Positions 1-12,545 of a stretch of DNA of 64,000 nucleotides are shown here, piece after piece. Numbering within the stretch: the first letter of the stretch is position 1; the number at the start of each line of letters is the position of its first letter. Source of the stretch: Eledone cirrhosa (taxonomy: Eukaryota); the NCBI GenBank assembly GCA_964016885.1, contig CAXHJY010001232.1, positions 113,704 through 177,703 on the forward strand, read 5' to 3'. A program made the translations under genes and the position numbers. A model generated the notes under the pieces. It worked only from the letters and a program-made list of their open reading frames with translations. It did not search any database and was not told the DNA's origin.

Positions 1-14
1 ACATACATGCACAC

Positions 15-825
15 ATGATGGCTGCAAACTCTGCTAAGATTATTGCAATTGCTTGGAGGATTACAGAGTTTGGTGCACTTTTAAACTACGGTCAGTCGCA
101 CGAACCTGTAACATATCCTGAACAAGCAATGCTTGTGCTTTGAAGGTTATTTTCAGAGTTTCTCTCTCCTAGAAAGGTGTTGTGACAACAACTGGGGGTC
201 TTTCACTCCCAGGTGAAAAAAAAAGGTACTATTTGGATGGCCGTTGACTCTGCTGAGTTACCGCACTCTTTGCCTGGTTTTGTATTTCATCCTTCAGGGT
301 GTCCAAATATCACCCTCCTCACTAACCGGTTGCCGGTTTAGTCGCTGACGACCCGACCATGAGACAGGTTGTACTGGGTTACATGTTACCAGTAGCACTC
401 GAGAGCGACCTGACATCAAGGAGGCCTGAAAACCAAGGATAACGACCTCTGTTTACCCGATTTTTTACACACTACTGGATGGCCATTGATTCTTCTGAGT
501 TTATCTGCCCTTTGATGGATTTTGTTTTTCATCCCGCAGGGTGTCCAAAACATCCCCTCCACGCCAAGCAAGCTTGGTGGGGTTGCCGGTTTAGTCGTGG
601 ACGACTCAACTATGTGACAGGATGTACACTATTGGATGGCAGTTGACTCTCCTGAGTTCCTCCTCTCTTCAACGGGTTTTGTTTTTCCTCCCGAAGGGTG
701 TCGAAAAATCACCCTCCTCACCAAACAAGCTTGGTGGGGTGGCCGGTTAGTCGCCAACGACCCGATCATGTGGAAGGTTGTATTGGGTTACGTATTACCA
801 GTAGCGCTCAAGAGCGACCTGTCAT
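15..825 (-). mobile_element. Non-autonomous RTE-derived element with tandem copies of a 5'-UTR module
   Basis: Minus strand ends ...gagtttgcagccatcatgtgtgcatgtatgt, like the RTE 3' ends at 60585 and 47470. Three diverged modules (~230-415, ~470-620, ~625-825) match the 5' end of the 47470-48080 element. Confidence 0.55.
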
Positions 826-1205
826 AACACACATACATACATACATACATACATCCGTACATACATCTGTACACGCACACATTCATACACAGAAGTACAC
901 ACACTTATACACGTAAATATAAGCTTGTTTGCATTTTTACATGCAAACAACGCAACGGGTGAACCGTAGATTTAATTTTAATAAAAATAAACTTTGTATA
1001 TGATTTATAGTTGTGGAATAAAGAAATCATATATATAATATATATATATATTGTTATACTTTGGGAGGGTCATGTTGCCAATAAGAAACACACGCACCAA
1101 TAAGAAACACACTTCAATTTATTATAAATTAAATTATAAATTAAAATAATTTATAAATTTCCGGTTGGTTGGTTGGTTCCACAACCGGATGGTTGTTCAT
1201 ATATT

Positions 1206-1248
1206 GTCAAAGTTCTTTCGTCACACATTCTGTGACCTCTTCAGTGAC
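1206..1248 (-). ncRNA. Minimal type I hammerhead ribozyme
   Basis: gtca CTGAAGA g gtcaca-gaatg-tgtgac GAAAG aa CTT tgac. Confidence 0.75.
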
Positions 1249-1386
1249 TGGGGATTCTTTTCTTTTTTTTGTGCCTCTCCTTTGTTCTGTCCTATGCTAT
1301 CTTGTTTTTGTGTGTGTTGTGTGCTTAGTTTGCGCATGTGTTACATCCGGGTGTCTCTGTGCGTTTTTATTTGTTTATTTATTTGT

Positions 1387-1836
1387 TTATTTACATGTTA
1401 CTAGTTGGTTGTTTGTTCTATTTGTGTGTGTTTTCATTTTGTCCTTAATTGAAGTTGTGATCTTGTTATCCCATTCATATTTTCTATTTAATTTTGGTTG
1501 GAGTTCATTTATGTTTATTGCCTCTGTGATTTGTCTAAACATTGCGTCTTTTCTGTGTGTAGATTTTATTTTTATTTCTATGTTCTCTAATTTGCCCTGA
1601 TGTTCTATTTTAGCATGTTGGTGGAGTACTGATGATTCTTTTCTATCTTGAAGCTCTCGCCAGTGTTCATTTAATCGTTCTCCTATGCTACGAGCTGTCT
1701 CACCTATGTACATTATATTCTTATCGTTACATTGTCCCTCAGTACATCTTATTCTATATACTATGTTTCTAGTTTCGCAGTTAATATGGAGGCTTAGTTT
1801 ACAGATTATGCATTTCTTATCTATACATGGAAGTCC
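1387..1836 (-). pseudogene. PLE GIY-YIG endonuclease fragment
   Basis: CIDKKCIIC...NIVYRIRC...MYIGETARSIGERLNEH...ITEAINI...LN motifs. Confidence 0.85.
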
Positions 1837-1992
1837 CTGTATAGATAAGAAATGCATAATCTGTAAACAAATAAAAACACACACAGACACCCGGATGTAA
1901 CACATGCGCAAACTAAACACACAACAAACACAAAAACAAGATGGCGTAGGACAGAAGAAAGGAGTGGCACAAAACAAAGAAAAGAATCCCAG

Positions 1993-2035
1993 GTCACTGA
2001 TGATGTCACAGAAAGTGTGACGAAAGAACTTTGAC
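1993..2035 (+). ncRNA. Minimal type I hammerhead ribozyme
   Basis: gtca CTGATGA t gtcaca-gaaag-tgtgac GAAAG aa CTT tgac. Confidence 0.75.
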
Positions 2036-2242
2036 AATATATGAACAACCACCCGGTTGTAGAACCAACCAACCGGAAATTTATAAATTTTTTAAATTTA
2101 TAATTTAATTTATAATAAATTGGAGTGAAAGTAACTGGTGCGTGTGTTTCTTATTGGCAACATGACCCTCCCAAAGTATAACAATATCGGTATCAACACA
2201 CGTTTTCAGATAAAGAATCTTGCTAAATAAATTCAGAAACGA

Positions 2243-2315
<73 letters not shown>

Positions 2316-2388
2316 TTGATTTCTTTATTCAACAACTATAAATGATAAAGTTTATTTCTATTAAAATTAAATCTACGGCACACCCGTA

Positions 2389-2624
<236 letters not shown>

Positions 2625-2704
2625 CTATTACCCACTTTACTACCCTAAGTATTGAGTACTCTGGTGCGTTATGGTCCATCAGGTTCCTTACCACACCTCC
2701 TTCG

Positions 2705-2748
<44 letters not shown>

Positions 2749-2949
2749 ACACGCAAAAAACGAATAGGGACACATGTACTATCCAACCATATGCCAATGT
2801 GGTTCAATGGCAGGTTAACTGCTTCTATCTTTACACACGGCACTGGACAGAATTGTTTCTACATCATTCATTCTCATCTCTGGAACAATTTTGAATAGCG
2901 CCAGTTCGTAATTTGAACTCGGGAATTTTATATTCTCCGAGTGAAAAGA

Positions 2950-3036
2950 ACCTTCTGACGAGAGTTTATCTTTTCAATGGAAGGCCGCAAGGACTGTCCA
3001 TTTATTTTTGAGACTCGAAACCGATTCGGTAAAGGT
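2950..3036 (+). ncRNA. Type I hammerhead ribozyme with long stem II insert
   Basis: acctt CTGACGA gagttt...agactc GAA ACCG-att-CGGT A aaggt. All three stems pair and the cleavage triplet is GUA. Confidence 0.85.
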
Positions 3037-3103
3037 AAACATAGTAAGTACAGTGAATTTTTTGAAATTTATTTTGTAACTTTTTCTTATTTGCTAAACC
3101 TTG

Positions 3104-3182
<79 letters not shown>

Positions 3183-3222
3183 GTATATAGTTAAAAGAAT
3201 AGAGGTGTAACACACAAGTTAT

Positions 3223-3829
3223 TATATATTGGTAAACGGAATAGAAAATGCTGACAAATTGTTCACAGTTGAAAAATGGTTTAATTAGGAATAAAAGAGT
3301 ATTAGTGATTGTATGGGTTAGTATTCAGTTGTGGTTTTAAGTTTTTAAGTTTTTACCGGTTGCGCATTTCTAAATGCTTTTCAAAAATAATTTTGAGATA
3401 GAGTGTCCGTGCTGTTTGCTCTGATCTGATTAGTTTTGGGAATTCTACCTGTTTTTATGTTAAAAAAGTGGCTCCAATTTGCAAAAATTCTTGTGGTCAA
3501 AACAATTTTGATTGGTCGGTAGAGGTCATGTGAATCTACCGACCAATCAAAATTGTTTTGACCACAAGAATTTTTGCAACACAAAAATAACGCTGGAGCC
3601 ACTTTTTTAACATAAAAACAGGTAGAATTCCCAAAACTAATCAGATCAGAGCAAACAGCACGGACACTCTATCTCAAAATTATTTTTGAAAAGCATTTAG
3701 AAATGCGCAACCGGTAAAAACTTAAAACCACAACTGAATACTAACCCATACAATTACTAATACTTTTTTATTCCTAATTAAACCATTTTTCAACTGTGAA
3801 CAATTTGTCAGCATTTTCTATTCCGTTTA

Positions 3830-3838
<9 letters not shown>
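3223..3838. mobile_element. ORF-less fold-back element (~300 bp inverted arms) between (TA)n arrays
   Basis: Arms meet at ttggtcggtaga-ggtcatgtgaa-tctaccgaccaa. Each arm has an HHR-like motif (3351-3388 minus, 3683-3720 plus). Confidence 0.8.
3683..3720 (+). ncRNA. Hammerhead-like motif, U3:A8 variant with A13C change
   Basis: ttt TTGAAAA gcattt-ag-aaatgc GCAAC cg GTA aaa. Probably inactive because of GCAA. Confidence 0.5.
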
Positions 3839-3921
<83 letters not shown>

Positions 3922-4090
3922 GCGAAGCAAAGTTAGTAGTTATCGTTAGAAGAAATAACTGGAATAACTAGTTTACTTTTGATATAATATTTACTCCACT
4001 TCAGTCAAAAAGAACAACCAATAAGTTACCACGAGTCGCAAAGGTTGACGATGTTATTTTGTTGTTGATGTGAAAACAGCAAGCAACCAG

Positions 4091-4277
4091 ATAATTGTTT
4101 CTACTTTTGGCACAAGGCCACAATTACCCAGTACATTACTGGTACTTTATTTTATCGACCCCGTAAGGATGAAAGGCAAAGTTTACCTCGACGGGATTTG
4201 AACTCAGAATGGCAAGGGTCGTAACTCTATGCATCAAAGCATGGCGTCCAACCCTCTACCGATACTGCCAATCCACA
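4091..4277 (-). mobile_element. tRNA-derived SINE
   Basis: A box tggcagtatcgg and B box gagttcaaatccc on minus strand. Same family as 16112, 16398 and 19991. Confidence 0.75.
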
Positions 4278-4429
4278 GCGAGTGACCAGATAATGTTTGT
4301 TGGTCGATGCAGTCCGTGGTAGTAGTTCTCGTCGTGATTGAATTCTCTCTCTCTTGGTACCGGCTATTAATACAAGTGGTGTGTATATAGAAACCATTAA
4401 TCTGGATACCTAAATATGGAATGTTACGC

Positions 4430-4710
4430 GATTCCCCCCTCCCTCCTCCACACACACTGTCCCGGCGGACAGGATGGAGAAGGCGTTCCCACGGAGGACG
4501 GCAAGGGAGACGCGCTGGAAAAGCCACTCCAACTCGCGGGTTTCACACCTGCGGCTGGCCAGCTCGGCGCCTATGGTGGTGAGTAGGGAGGTAGCTCTGG
4601 GGCCGAGGACACCAGAAGTCTCCACTGCCAGAGGTACAACCGCAAACCTGTCGGAGAGCGACCGGTATTTGAGGAGCTTGGCCTCTCCAGCCGTACGTGG
4701 AGCAGAACCT
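4430..4710 (-). pseudogene. CRE-clade non-LTR retrotransposon C-terminal restriction-like endonuclease fragment
   Basis: KLLKY...FAVVPLAVETSGVLGPRA...LFQRVSLAVLRGNA motif pattern. Confidence 0.65.
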
Positions 4711-4842
4711 GGGCTTCCCCAGCATCCTGTCCCCTGCCTCGAGGGATCGCCCACGCATCAACTTGTTTACGCCAAAAGGGTGGTGACCTAGAATTTGACC
4801 TTTAGGTGTCACCCAGGGCTCGAGGTGTGGACAGGTTTCGCT

Positions 4843-4925
<83 letters not shown>

Positions 4926-5096
4926 TGCATACATACATGCACACACACACACATACATATTTAGAGAAAGGGGGAGGGGACTAATAGATGGTAGGGTGGT
5001 AGGCAGACAGAATCAATATCAATTGTGATATCTAGTTTCATCTATGTTGTAGATTATTGCAACGGTATTACATGGTATTACTCTTGGGATTTCTTT

Positions 5097-5133
<37 letters not shown>

Positions 5134-5146
5134 TGAGAGAGAGAGA

Positions 5147-5205
<59 letters not shown>

Positions 5206-5349
5206 GTGGAAGAGAAAGTAAGTTAATAACAAGTATAAAGCCATGAATTGAACCTTTGCTGTTTGAACTGCTCAACCAAACTTGACCACCGAGAAAATAA
5301 CCAAATAAAGACATACATACATACATACATACATACATACATACATACA

Positions 5350-5612
5350 TGGTGGCTGCCAACTCGTTTTCGAGTACGGCCACTACTTTATATCCATGTA
5401 GGAGAACCTCTACCGATGTGCTGAACGAGTGTGACTTTTTAGTCCAGCCAGCGACATAGTGCTGGGCCCATGGTACCATGTGATGACAAGAGCAGAGAGA
5501 TCTCCAGATATAAAGCAATGCCTGTGCCGTGAAGCTTTTATAGTGAGCAAAGGCACTGCACAAAGCCAGTCCCACTCTCTTAACCAAGATGATATTTACC
5601 AAAAAGAAGAAC
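5350..5612 (-). mobile_element. RTE-derived SINE, truncated copy
   Basis: Near-identical to 35078, 36871 and 47470, with an (ATGT)n tail and an internal deletion. Confidence 0.75.
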
Positions 5613-5617
5613 ATACA

Positions 5618-5668
<51 letters not shown>

Positions 5669-5808
5669 GAAAAGTGTAATTTTCTACACAAAACGAAGGT
5701 TATAGAGAAAATTGAGGTTGGTAATGGCACATGGAATATATAAGAGACAGAATACTTTTTTGTGAAAAAACATAATTTTATAAGGTAAGGAAATAATAAA
5801 GTGTATAA

Positions 5809-5856
5809 AAAATGACCGGTTTCGATGGGTCTGCAAAAGCCATCTTTTCAAATGTT
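5809..5856 (-). ncRNA. Minimal hammerhead, U3:A8 variant
   Basis: aacat TTGAAAA gatgg...ccatc GAAAC cg GTC atttt. Stem I is weak. Confidence 0.6.
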
Positions 5857-6212
5857 GATTAATATTAAGAAAAATTAATAATACGAAGAGTTAAAATTTG
5901 AGACTTGAAAATTCAAGTATAAAATTCATTGTGGGATTTCATAGCAGTTTTCATCTAGGTAGCAACAACAGGTTGACTGCTGTGTCCCTTTCTGGTAGTG
6001 AATGAGAAGTTATTTGGAGTGTGGGTTATTTTATAAAGGTCAGATTTAGCAATCACCAACTGGCCAGCTGCTGGTCAGTGAGGGGGTGGAAGCAATATAC
6101 GTACACATATCTTCCTGTGGTGGGTAGGGGAGTGGAGCGTGATAGAAAGGGATTTAGTGCACTTACACCTATATATACACACATACCTTCATCCACACAT
6201 ACATACATATAC

Positions 6213-6265
<53 letters not shown>

Positions 6266-6276
6266 CACACATACAT

Positions 6277-6309
<33 letters not shown>

Positions 6310-6326
6310 CACACATATATACACAT

Positions 6327-6373
<47 letters not shown>

Positions 6374-6412
6374 TATATATACATACACATACATCCAGAT
6401 ACACACATACAT

Positions 6413-6445
<33 letters not shown>

Positions 6446-6448
6446 CAC

Positions 6449-6482
<34 letters not shown>

Positions 6483-7074
6483 CCCCACACATACATACAC
6501 ACACACACACATATATATATACATACACACATACAAACATACACACACACACACATATATATACACACATACACACACACACACACACACGCATATATAT
6601 ATATATATATATACACATACGCATACATCCAGATACCCACATACACACACACACACACACACACGCACACACAATACATACATCCACATGCACACACATA
6701 CACACACACACACATATACACATACATACACCCACACACAGAGAAATGGCCTTCAAATATATATATATATATATACAAACAGACACATATATTTTTTCCA
6801 TAATATAAGAAGTTGGGGCAGTGAAATTAAAATACAAGTCATTCTGATCACATTGAGTTCTTCATGTAGATTGGGCCCCGCAACCGACAGTGGTGAATTC
6901 TGTGTGCGCATATATATATAGATATGTGTGTGTGCACGTGCAGGGTTTAACATGGATGTGTTGGTCACACAAAGGCATGGTCTGTCAATGAATAAACCTG
7001 ATTCTACAGAATTGGTCTCTGGTCTTTAATAGTAGTGATTCCGTGCGTATGTGTGTTTATATTTTATGACAATT

Positions 7075-9290
7075 CTATTGGGGTGATAACCCGTTTTGTT
7101 TTGGTTTAAATTTGTTAAGGAATAGATTTTCTTTGTTTATTCTTTGTTGCTGTGTGAACGAATCTGAGCACTTGTAGAAGGGGAAGATTTTAAAGTTGGG
7201 TAGTGTCATTCCTGCGCAGTTCGCAATATGGCTGCTCAAGGGGATTTTTCTTGTGTTAGCATCCCGGATTTGTTGGCGGTGGATGGTCATTCTTTTGCGT
7301 AATGAGGTGCCCGTCTGTCCTATGTAGTTGTGTTTGCACCCACCGCAAGTTATTGCGTAAATCAAGTTCTCCGAGTTGCAGGTGAAATTGTTTTTTACTG
7401 TAAATGTTTGGCCATCTTTGAATGTAAATGTTTGTCCTTCAGTGAGGTAGAGGCACGTTCCACAGTTTGTTCTACTACATTTGGTAACTGTAGGGTTGAG
7501 GATTGGTTTGGGTATATTTGGTCCAGTGAGAATGCGTTTAAGTGATTTGGGTTGTCTTTTACTTTTAAGGATCTTGTGTGTTTCAAGAATAGACTTCATT
7601 TTTACATCTTTAAGTAGGATGGGGAGGTTTTTGTGTAGGTGATCAAACATTTCGGTATTTCTGGGGTTGAAAGTGGATACATATGGCAGGGTGTTGAGTG
7701 TGGTTTTCTGTTTTGGATTGTTAAGTTGATGGGGATTTAGGTGTTTTGCCCTGTCTATTCCATTGTTGATTATTTCAAGTGGAAAGGCTCTTAAGATAAG
7801 GGTGTCTTTTAGTTCCTTTAGTCTTTGCTCCCGTTTAGGTGGATCTGATACTATGGTACATATACGTTTGGCCAAATTGTAAGGAATGTTAAGTTTTGTA
7901 TGTTTTGGGTGACTTGATGTGAAAAAGAGGTATTGCTTGGAATATGTGGGTTTATAGAATATATCTGTATCTAATTTCCCGTCTATTACAGAGATGAGAA
8001 TATCCAAGAAGGCTAATTCCTTAGGATTGGATTCCATTGTGAATTGTATGTTATTATCTATGTTGTTTATCATGTTTTTAAACGTAGTAAGTGAGTTCAT
8101 GTCTTCTTGCCATAGGATAAAGCAGTCGTCTAGATATCTTTTCCAATTGGCTTTGAGGTGTGTGTGGAAAGAGTCTCCAAATAAGAGAAGGGACTGACTG
8201 TATATTTGTTGTTCATGGAATCCCATGACTAGGTTGGCATATGTGGGTGCTACTTTCGTGCCCATTGCCGTACCTGATACTTGTCTGTATGTTGAACCAT
8301 TGAATGTGAAGTAGTTATTTTGTAGGATAAAGCGGAGTCCGTCAGTGATAAAATCTGTGTTGATGCGTGTCGGTATTTCTGATGGGTGTGTGTTAAGCCA
8401 GTATTGGACTGCTGTTATTCCATAGTTGTGAGGTATGTTTGTGTAGAGGTTTATTACGTCAAAGGAGACAAGAATTGTATTTGCACTTACTGTTTTAGGG
8501 AGGTGTTTCAGCATGTCAAGGTCATCTCGTATGTAGCTCTGTATATGTTGTAGAAAGGGTTTCAGTAGGATGTCCAGAAAGTTGCTAAGTCTGTGGGTTT
8601 CACATGTAGGGCCTGCTATAATTGGCCTGAGTTTTAGGTCTTCTGGTGGTGTTAGTTCAATGTAATTGTTGGTTGAGGTGTCACATGCATCGCTTATGGG
8701 TTTACATTTGTGGAGTTTCGGTAAGCCGTAAAAAGAGCTTGTATTGCATTTGAAGTGGCTTATATAGTTAAACTCTTTTGTGGTTAAGCTGTTGCGGTAT
8801 TTATTCAGTAAGGTCAAAAGGTTCCCCATTGTTTTGGTGTGTTTGTAGTTTTCTGTTTTTTCATAGTATGTGTTGTTTTCTAAAATGTTAAGTGCGAGGG
8901 TCCTATAGTAGTCCGTATTCATAATGACAACAGTACTGCCTTTATCGGCTTCTTTGATAGTTATCTCAGGGTTGTTTCTAAGTGTGAATAATTCTTCCCA
9001 TTCGTGTGTAGATAGGTTTGATTTCGTGTGTTTATTTCTAATTTGTTCATAGGGAAAGTTGGTGATGTGTTCGCAGTACGTGTCCAGTGCTTTATTTCTT
9101 CCCTTTTGTGGGCAGAAATTGCTTTTATTTCTAACCAGTGATTCGTCTTCAGTGTTGGTGTCGTTGTGGAAGAATTCCGTTAGTCGCAGCTTTCGGCAGT
9201 ATTCCATGATGTCATCCTTCATTTCGGGGAAGTTGGGTTTACGTGGTGTAGGTGTAAATTTCAGGCCCTTACTTAAAATGTTGATTTGTG
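7075..9290 (-). CDS. PLE reverse transcriptase-GIY-YIG endonuclease (uninterrupted, 5'-truncated)
   Basis: [42 protein letters not shown] linker and IYAITC...YIGQT. Confidence 0.92.
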
Positions 9291-9644
9291 TATATATATA
9301 CACCAAAAATAATCAACCTCTCAAAGACACCTCTAACCAACACACAAATCAACATTTTAAGTAAGGGCCTGAAATTATATATTTGAAGGCCATTTCTCTG
9401 TGTGTGGGTGTATGTATGTGTATATGTGTGTGTGTGTGTATGTGTGTGCATGTGGATGTATGTATTGTGTGTGCGTGTGTGTGTGTGTGTGTGTGTATGT
9501 GGGTATCTGGATGTATGCGTATGTGTATATATATATATATATGCGTGTGTGTGTGTGTGTGTGTGTATATATGTGTGTGTGTGTGTGTATGTTTGTATGT
9601 GTGTATGTATATATATATGTGTGTGTGTGTGTATGTATGTGTGG

Positions 9645-9714
<70 letters not shown>

Positions 9715-9781
9715 ATATATATATATATGTGTGTGTGTGTGTATGTATGTGTGTATCTGGATGTATGTGTATGTATATATA

Positions 9782-9842
<61 letters not shown>

Positions 9843-9907
9843 ATGTGTATATATGTGTGTGTGTGTATGTGTGTATGTATATGTATGTGTGTGTGTATGT
9901 ATGTGTG

Positions 9908-9941
<34 letters not shown>

Positions 9942-10302
9942 TATATGTATATGTATGTATGTGTGGATGAAGGTATGTGTGTATATATAGGTGTAAGTGC
10001 ACTAAATCCCTTTCTATCACGCTCCACTCCCCTACCCACCACAGGAAGATATGTGTACGTATATTGCTTCCACCCCCTCACTGACCAGCAGCTGGCCAGT
10101 TGGTGATTGCTAAATCTGACCTTTATAAAATAACCCACACCCCAAATAACTTCTCATTCACTACCAGAAAGGGACACAGCAGTCAACCTGTTGTTGCTAC
10201 CTAGATGAAAACTGCTATGAAATCCCACAATGAATTTTATACTTGAATTTTCAAGTCTCAAATTTTAACTCTTCGTATTATTAATTTTTCTTAATATTAA
10301 TC

Positions 10303-10350
10303 AACATTTGAAAAGATGGCTTTTGCAGACCCATCGAAACCGGTCATTTT
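10303..10350 (+). ncRNA. Minimal hammerhead, U3:A8 variant
   Basis: Inverted copy of 5809-5856. Confidence 0.6.
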
Positions 10351-10450
10351 TTATACCCTTTATTATTTCCTTACCTTATAAAATTATGTTTTTTCACAAA
10401 AAAGTATTCTGTCTCTTATATATTCCGTGTGCCATTACCAACCTCAATTT

Positions 10451-10498
<48 letters not shown>

Positions 10499-11277
10499 AA
10501 GAGCCAAATATCGTACAAAAGACATGGTATATTGTATATATACCAAATACATATTCTTCTATAGAATATGTATTTGGTATATATTATAGTTTCATCTGTG
10601 TTGTAGATTATTGCACCGGTATTACTCTTGGGATATCTCTTTCCATTTTTTTTAATTTTTGCCATAGTTTTGTGTTGTTTTCAAAGGGCGTTTCACCAAG
10701 TGTGATGGGCATTCTACGGTATTTTAATAAACCAGACTGACACATTAACCTTTGCGATAGCTCTTAATGGAAACACAATAGTGTTCTGTTTACAACAAAA
10801 TGATAGCCGACTCCAAATTTAGATACAAAATTAAACTTTGTTAATATTTATTTTCTCACCAGTCATCTTCATTGTGTTTTTCATAAATTGATGTTTCAGC
10901 AATTCAAATAATAGAAGCAATACAAGTTTTCAGATGCTATATAGTGCTGCCATGTATCTCATGTAATGTGTTATTGTTTTGTTTTTTTATTTAGCCTCAG
11001 GTTAGCCCTGATTCAGCAAGCCTATGAGCGGAAACATTCTAGTCATGAACATCCGGTGTTTTTGTATATCTAAGACTAGATTGCTTGTACCGTTTCCTTT
11101 TTAAGACAATAGTGATTTGGCTGCTATTTCTAGCAGACGAAGCAACCGTGTGAACGCTGGCTCATTGGCTCAAGGAATATTGTATAATTAGGGAGGTATA
11201 CTTAGATAGAAAAAGAAATTCACAAATATAGCTTTGTTGCATAGTTCTGCATGGTCTGTAAAAATACTTCTTTTAAG

Positions 11278-11392
11278 AGGTGAAGGCAAAAGGGTAAAGA
11301 CTCCCTTCGGTCACAAATGACCATGGGATTTGCACCTAGAAAGTTCCTCTCCGAGGCACTAGTTCGGGCAAGGCTGTTTGTGGAAGACCATA
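11278..11392. repeat. Diverged interspersed repeat (SINE-like) fragment
   Basis: Resembles an abundant octopus repeat from memory (aaagactcccttcggtca...gaccatgggat...gcacctagaaag). Unverified. Confidence 0.35.
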
Positions 11393-11849
11393 GGCCAGAA
11401 ATTCGCAATTACTCATGTTGGGAACTTTAGGAAGATAAGATATAGTGTTAATTCTTAGTTTCAACCCATTCCGTTCATTTTAAAATTAAAGTTGTATTTA
11501 CAAGAGATTTTAAAGATTGTATGTCACAACGACCGAGTTGTTATATTACAATGAAAGAACCAGAGAACAAGGTTGTAAAGTAATAGTCAAATAATAAAAT
11601 ACAGATACTCAGACCAGCATGAAGTATACAGTACAGTATGCATGTATGGATTCTTGGTAGAGTTGTTGGGGAACCGTAGTGATATACAGCGTTTCTTGGA
11701 TATTTTGAAACCTGGTAGAGTTCATCCCCTCTCCAGGTCTGAACACAGCAGATTTCTCCCAGAGAAGAAAAAGAAAGAAAAAAAAGGGAGAGTGAGACAG
11801 AGACATAAGGGAAGAATCGATTCCAGTGCTTGACTAGTACTATATTTAT

Positions 11850-11966
11850 TGACATTGAAAGAAGGAAAAGTCGACCTTGGCGCAATTCGAACTCAGATTG
11901 CTGAGAGCCGAAACGAATACCTAAAGAATTCTATTCGATGTTTTGATGGCTCTCCCAATTCACTGC
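11850..11966 (-). mobile_element. Old diverged tRNA-derived SINE
   Basis: gaaggaaaagtcgaccttggcgcaattcgaactcaga resembles the SINE core at 4170-4210. Confidence 0.5.
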
Positions 11967-12339
11967 TTTTATACAGTACTGTGCAATGCAAGAAAATGTT
12001 TTTCGCGTTTCCAGGTTAATTCACTGGGATAGAAAGTATTTGACATAGGTTTTTAAGATAGAGAAAGTATCAACTGACAAATGTTATTGGCTGAGAATGG
12101 TAGTCCTGTTGATTATAACAGTAGATAACAGTTTGAAATGTATCTTTTTTAGACAATTTTCTCAGATTGGTTTGCATGCAAGACTAACCTAGATGCCTGC
12201 AGATGTGTGCTTCCTGGAGATACAAGCAACTAATGCTTATATCTTCAGGTACTCAGGCCCAACGGAAACTAAGTTTTGTTATCTAATTCGGTTTGTACTA
12301 GGGGTATTGAAAATACAAGCTAGTTCGGGTATTTACTTT

Positions 12340-12545
12340 TACATTTTTTAATCCTTTGTAAGAGCAAAATCAAGACAATATCTTACAGATTTTGTTCCAC
12401 GTATTATAGAGTGAAATTGGGCGATCAAGACAATCAATGGGCCCCTCCCTTAGTCTGCCAAACTTCCAAAGAAAGATTTGGTATGCCAATAGTATGAAGA
12501 AAACGTACAAACAATCTTAAAAATTGCTATTTTGGTATGGTTGAT
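12340..12545 (+). pseudogene. Decayed DNA transposase fragment, probably CMC/Chapaev3-like
   Basis: VKLGDQD.QWAP.LVC, then fragments reading FGMP and N.KNCYF across frameshifts. Confidence 0.4.

Larger units (their letters stand above)
1050..2187 (-). mobile_element. 5'-truncated Penelope-like element with inverted terminal copy
   Basis: GIY-YIG C-terminus on minus strand. 1050-1375 is repeated inverted at 1866-2187, each arm carries an HHR, and (TA)n flanks both sides. Confidence 0.85.
5690..10452 (-). mobile_element. Neptune-like Penelope element with ~1.05 kb inverted terminal copy
   Basis: RT plus GIY-YIG ORF. 5690-6760 is repeated inverted at 9376-10452, with HHR variants in both arms and (TA)n flanks. 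Confidence 0.9.
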
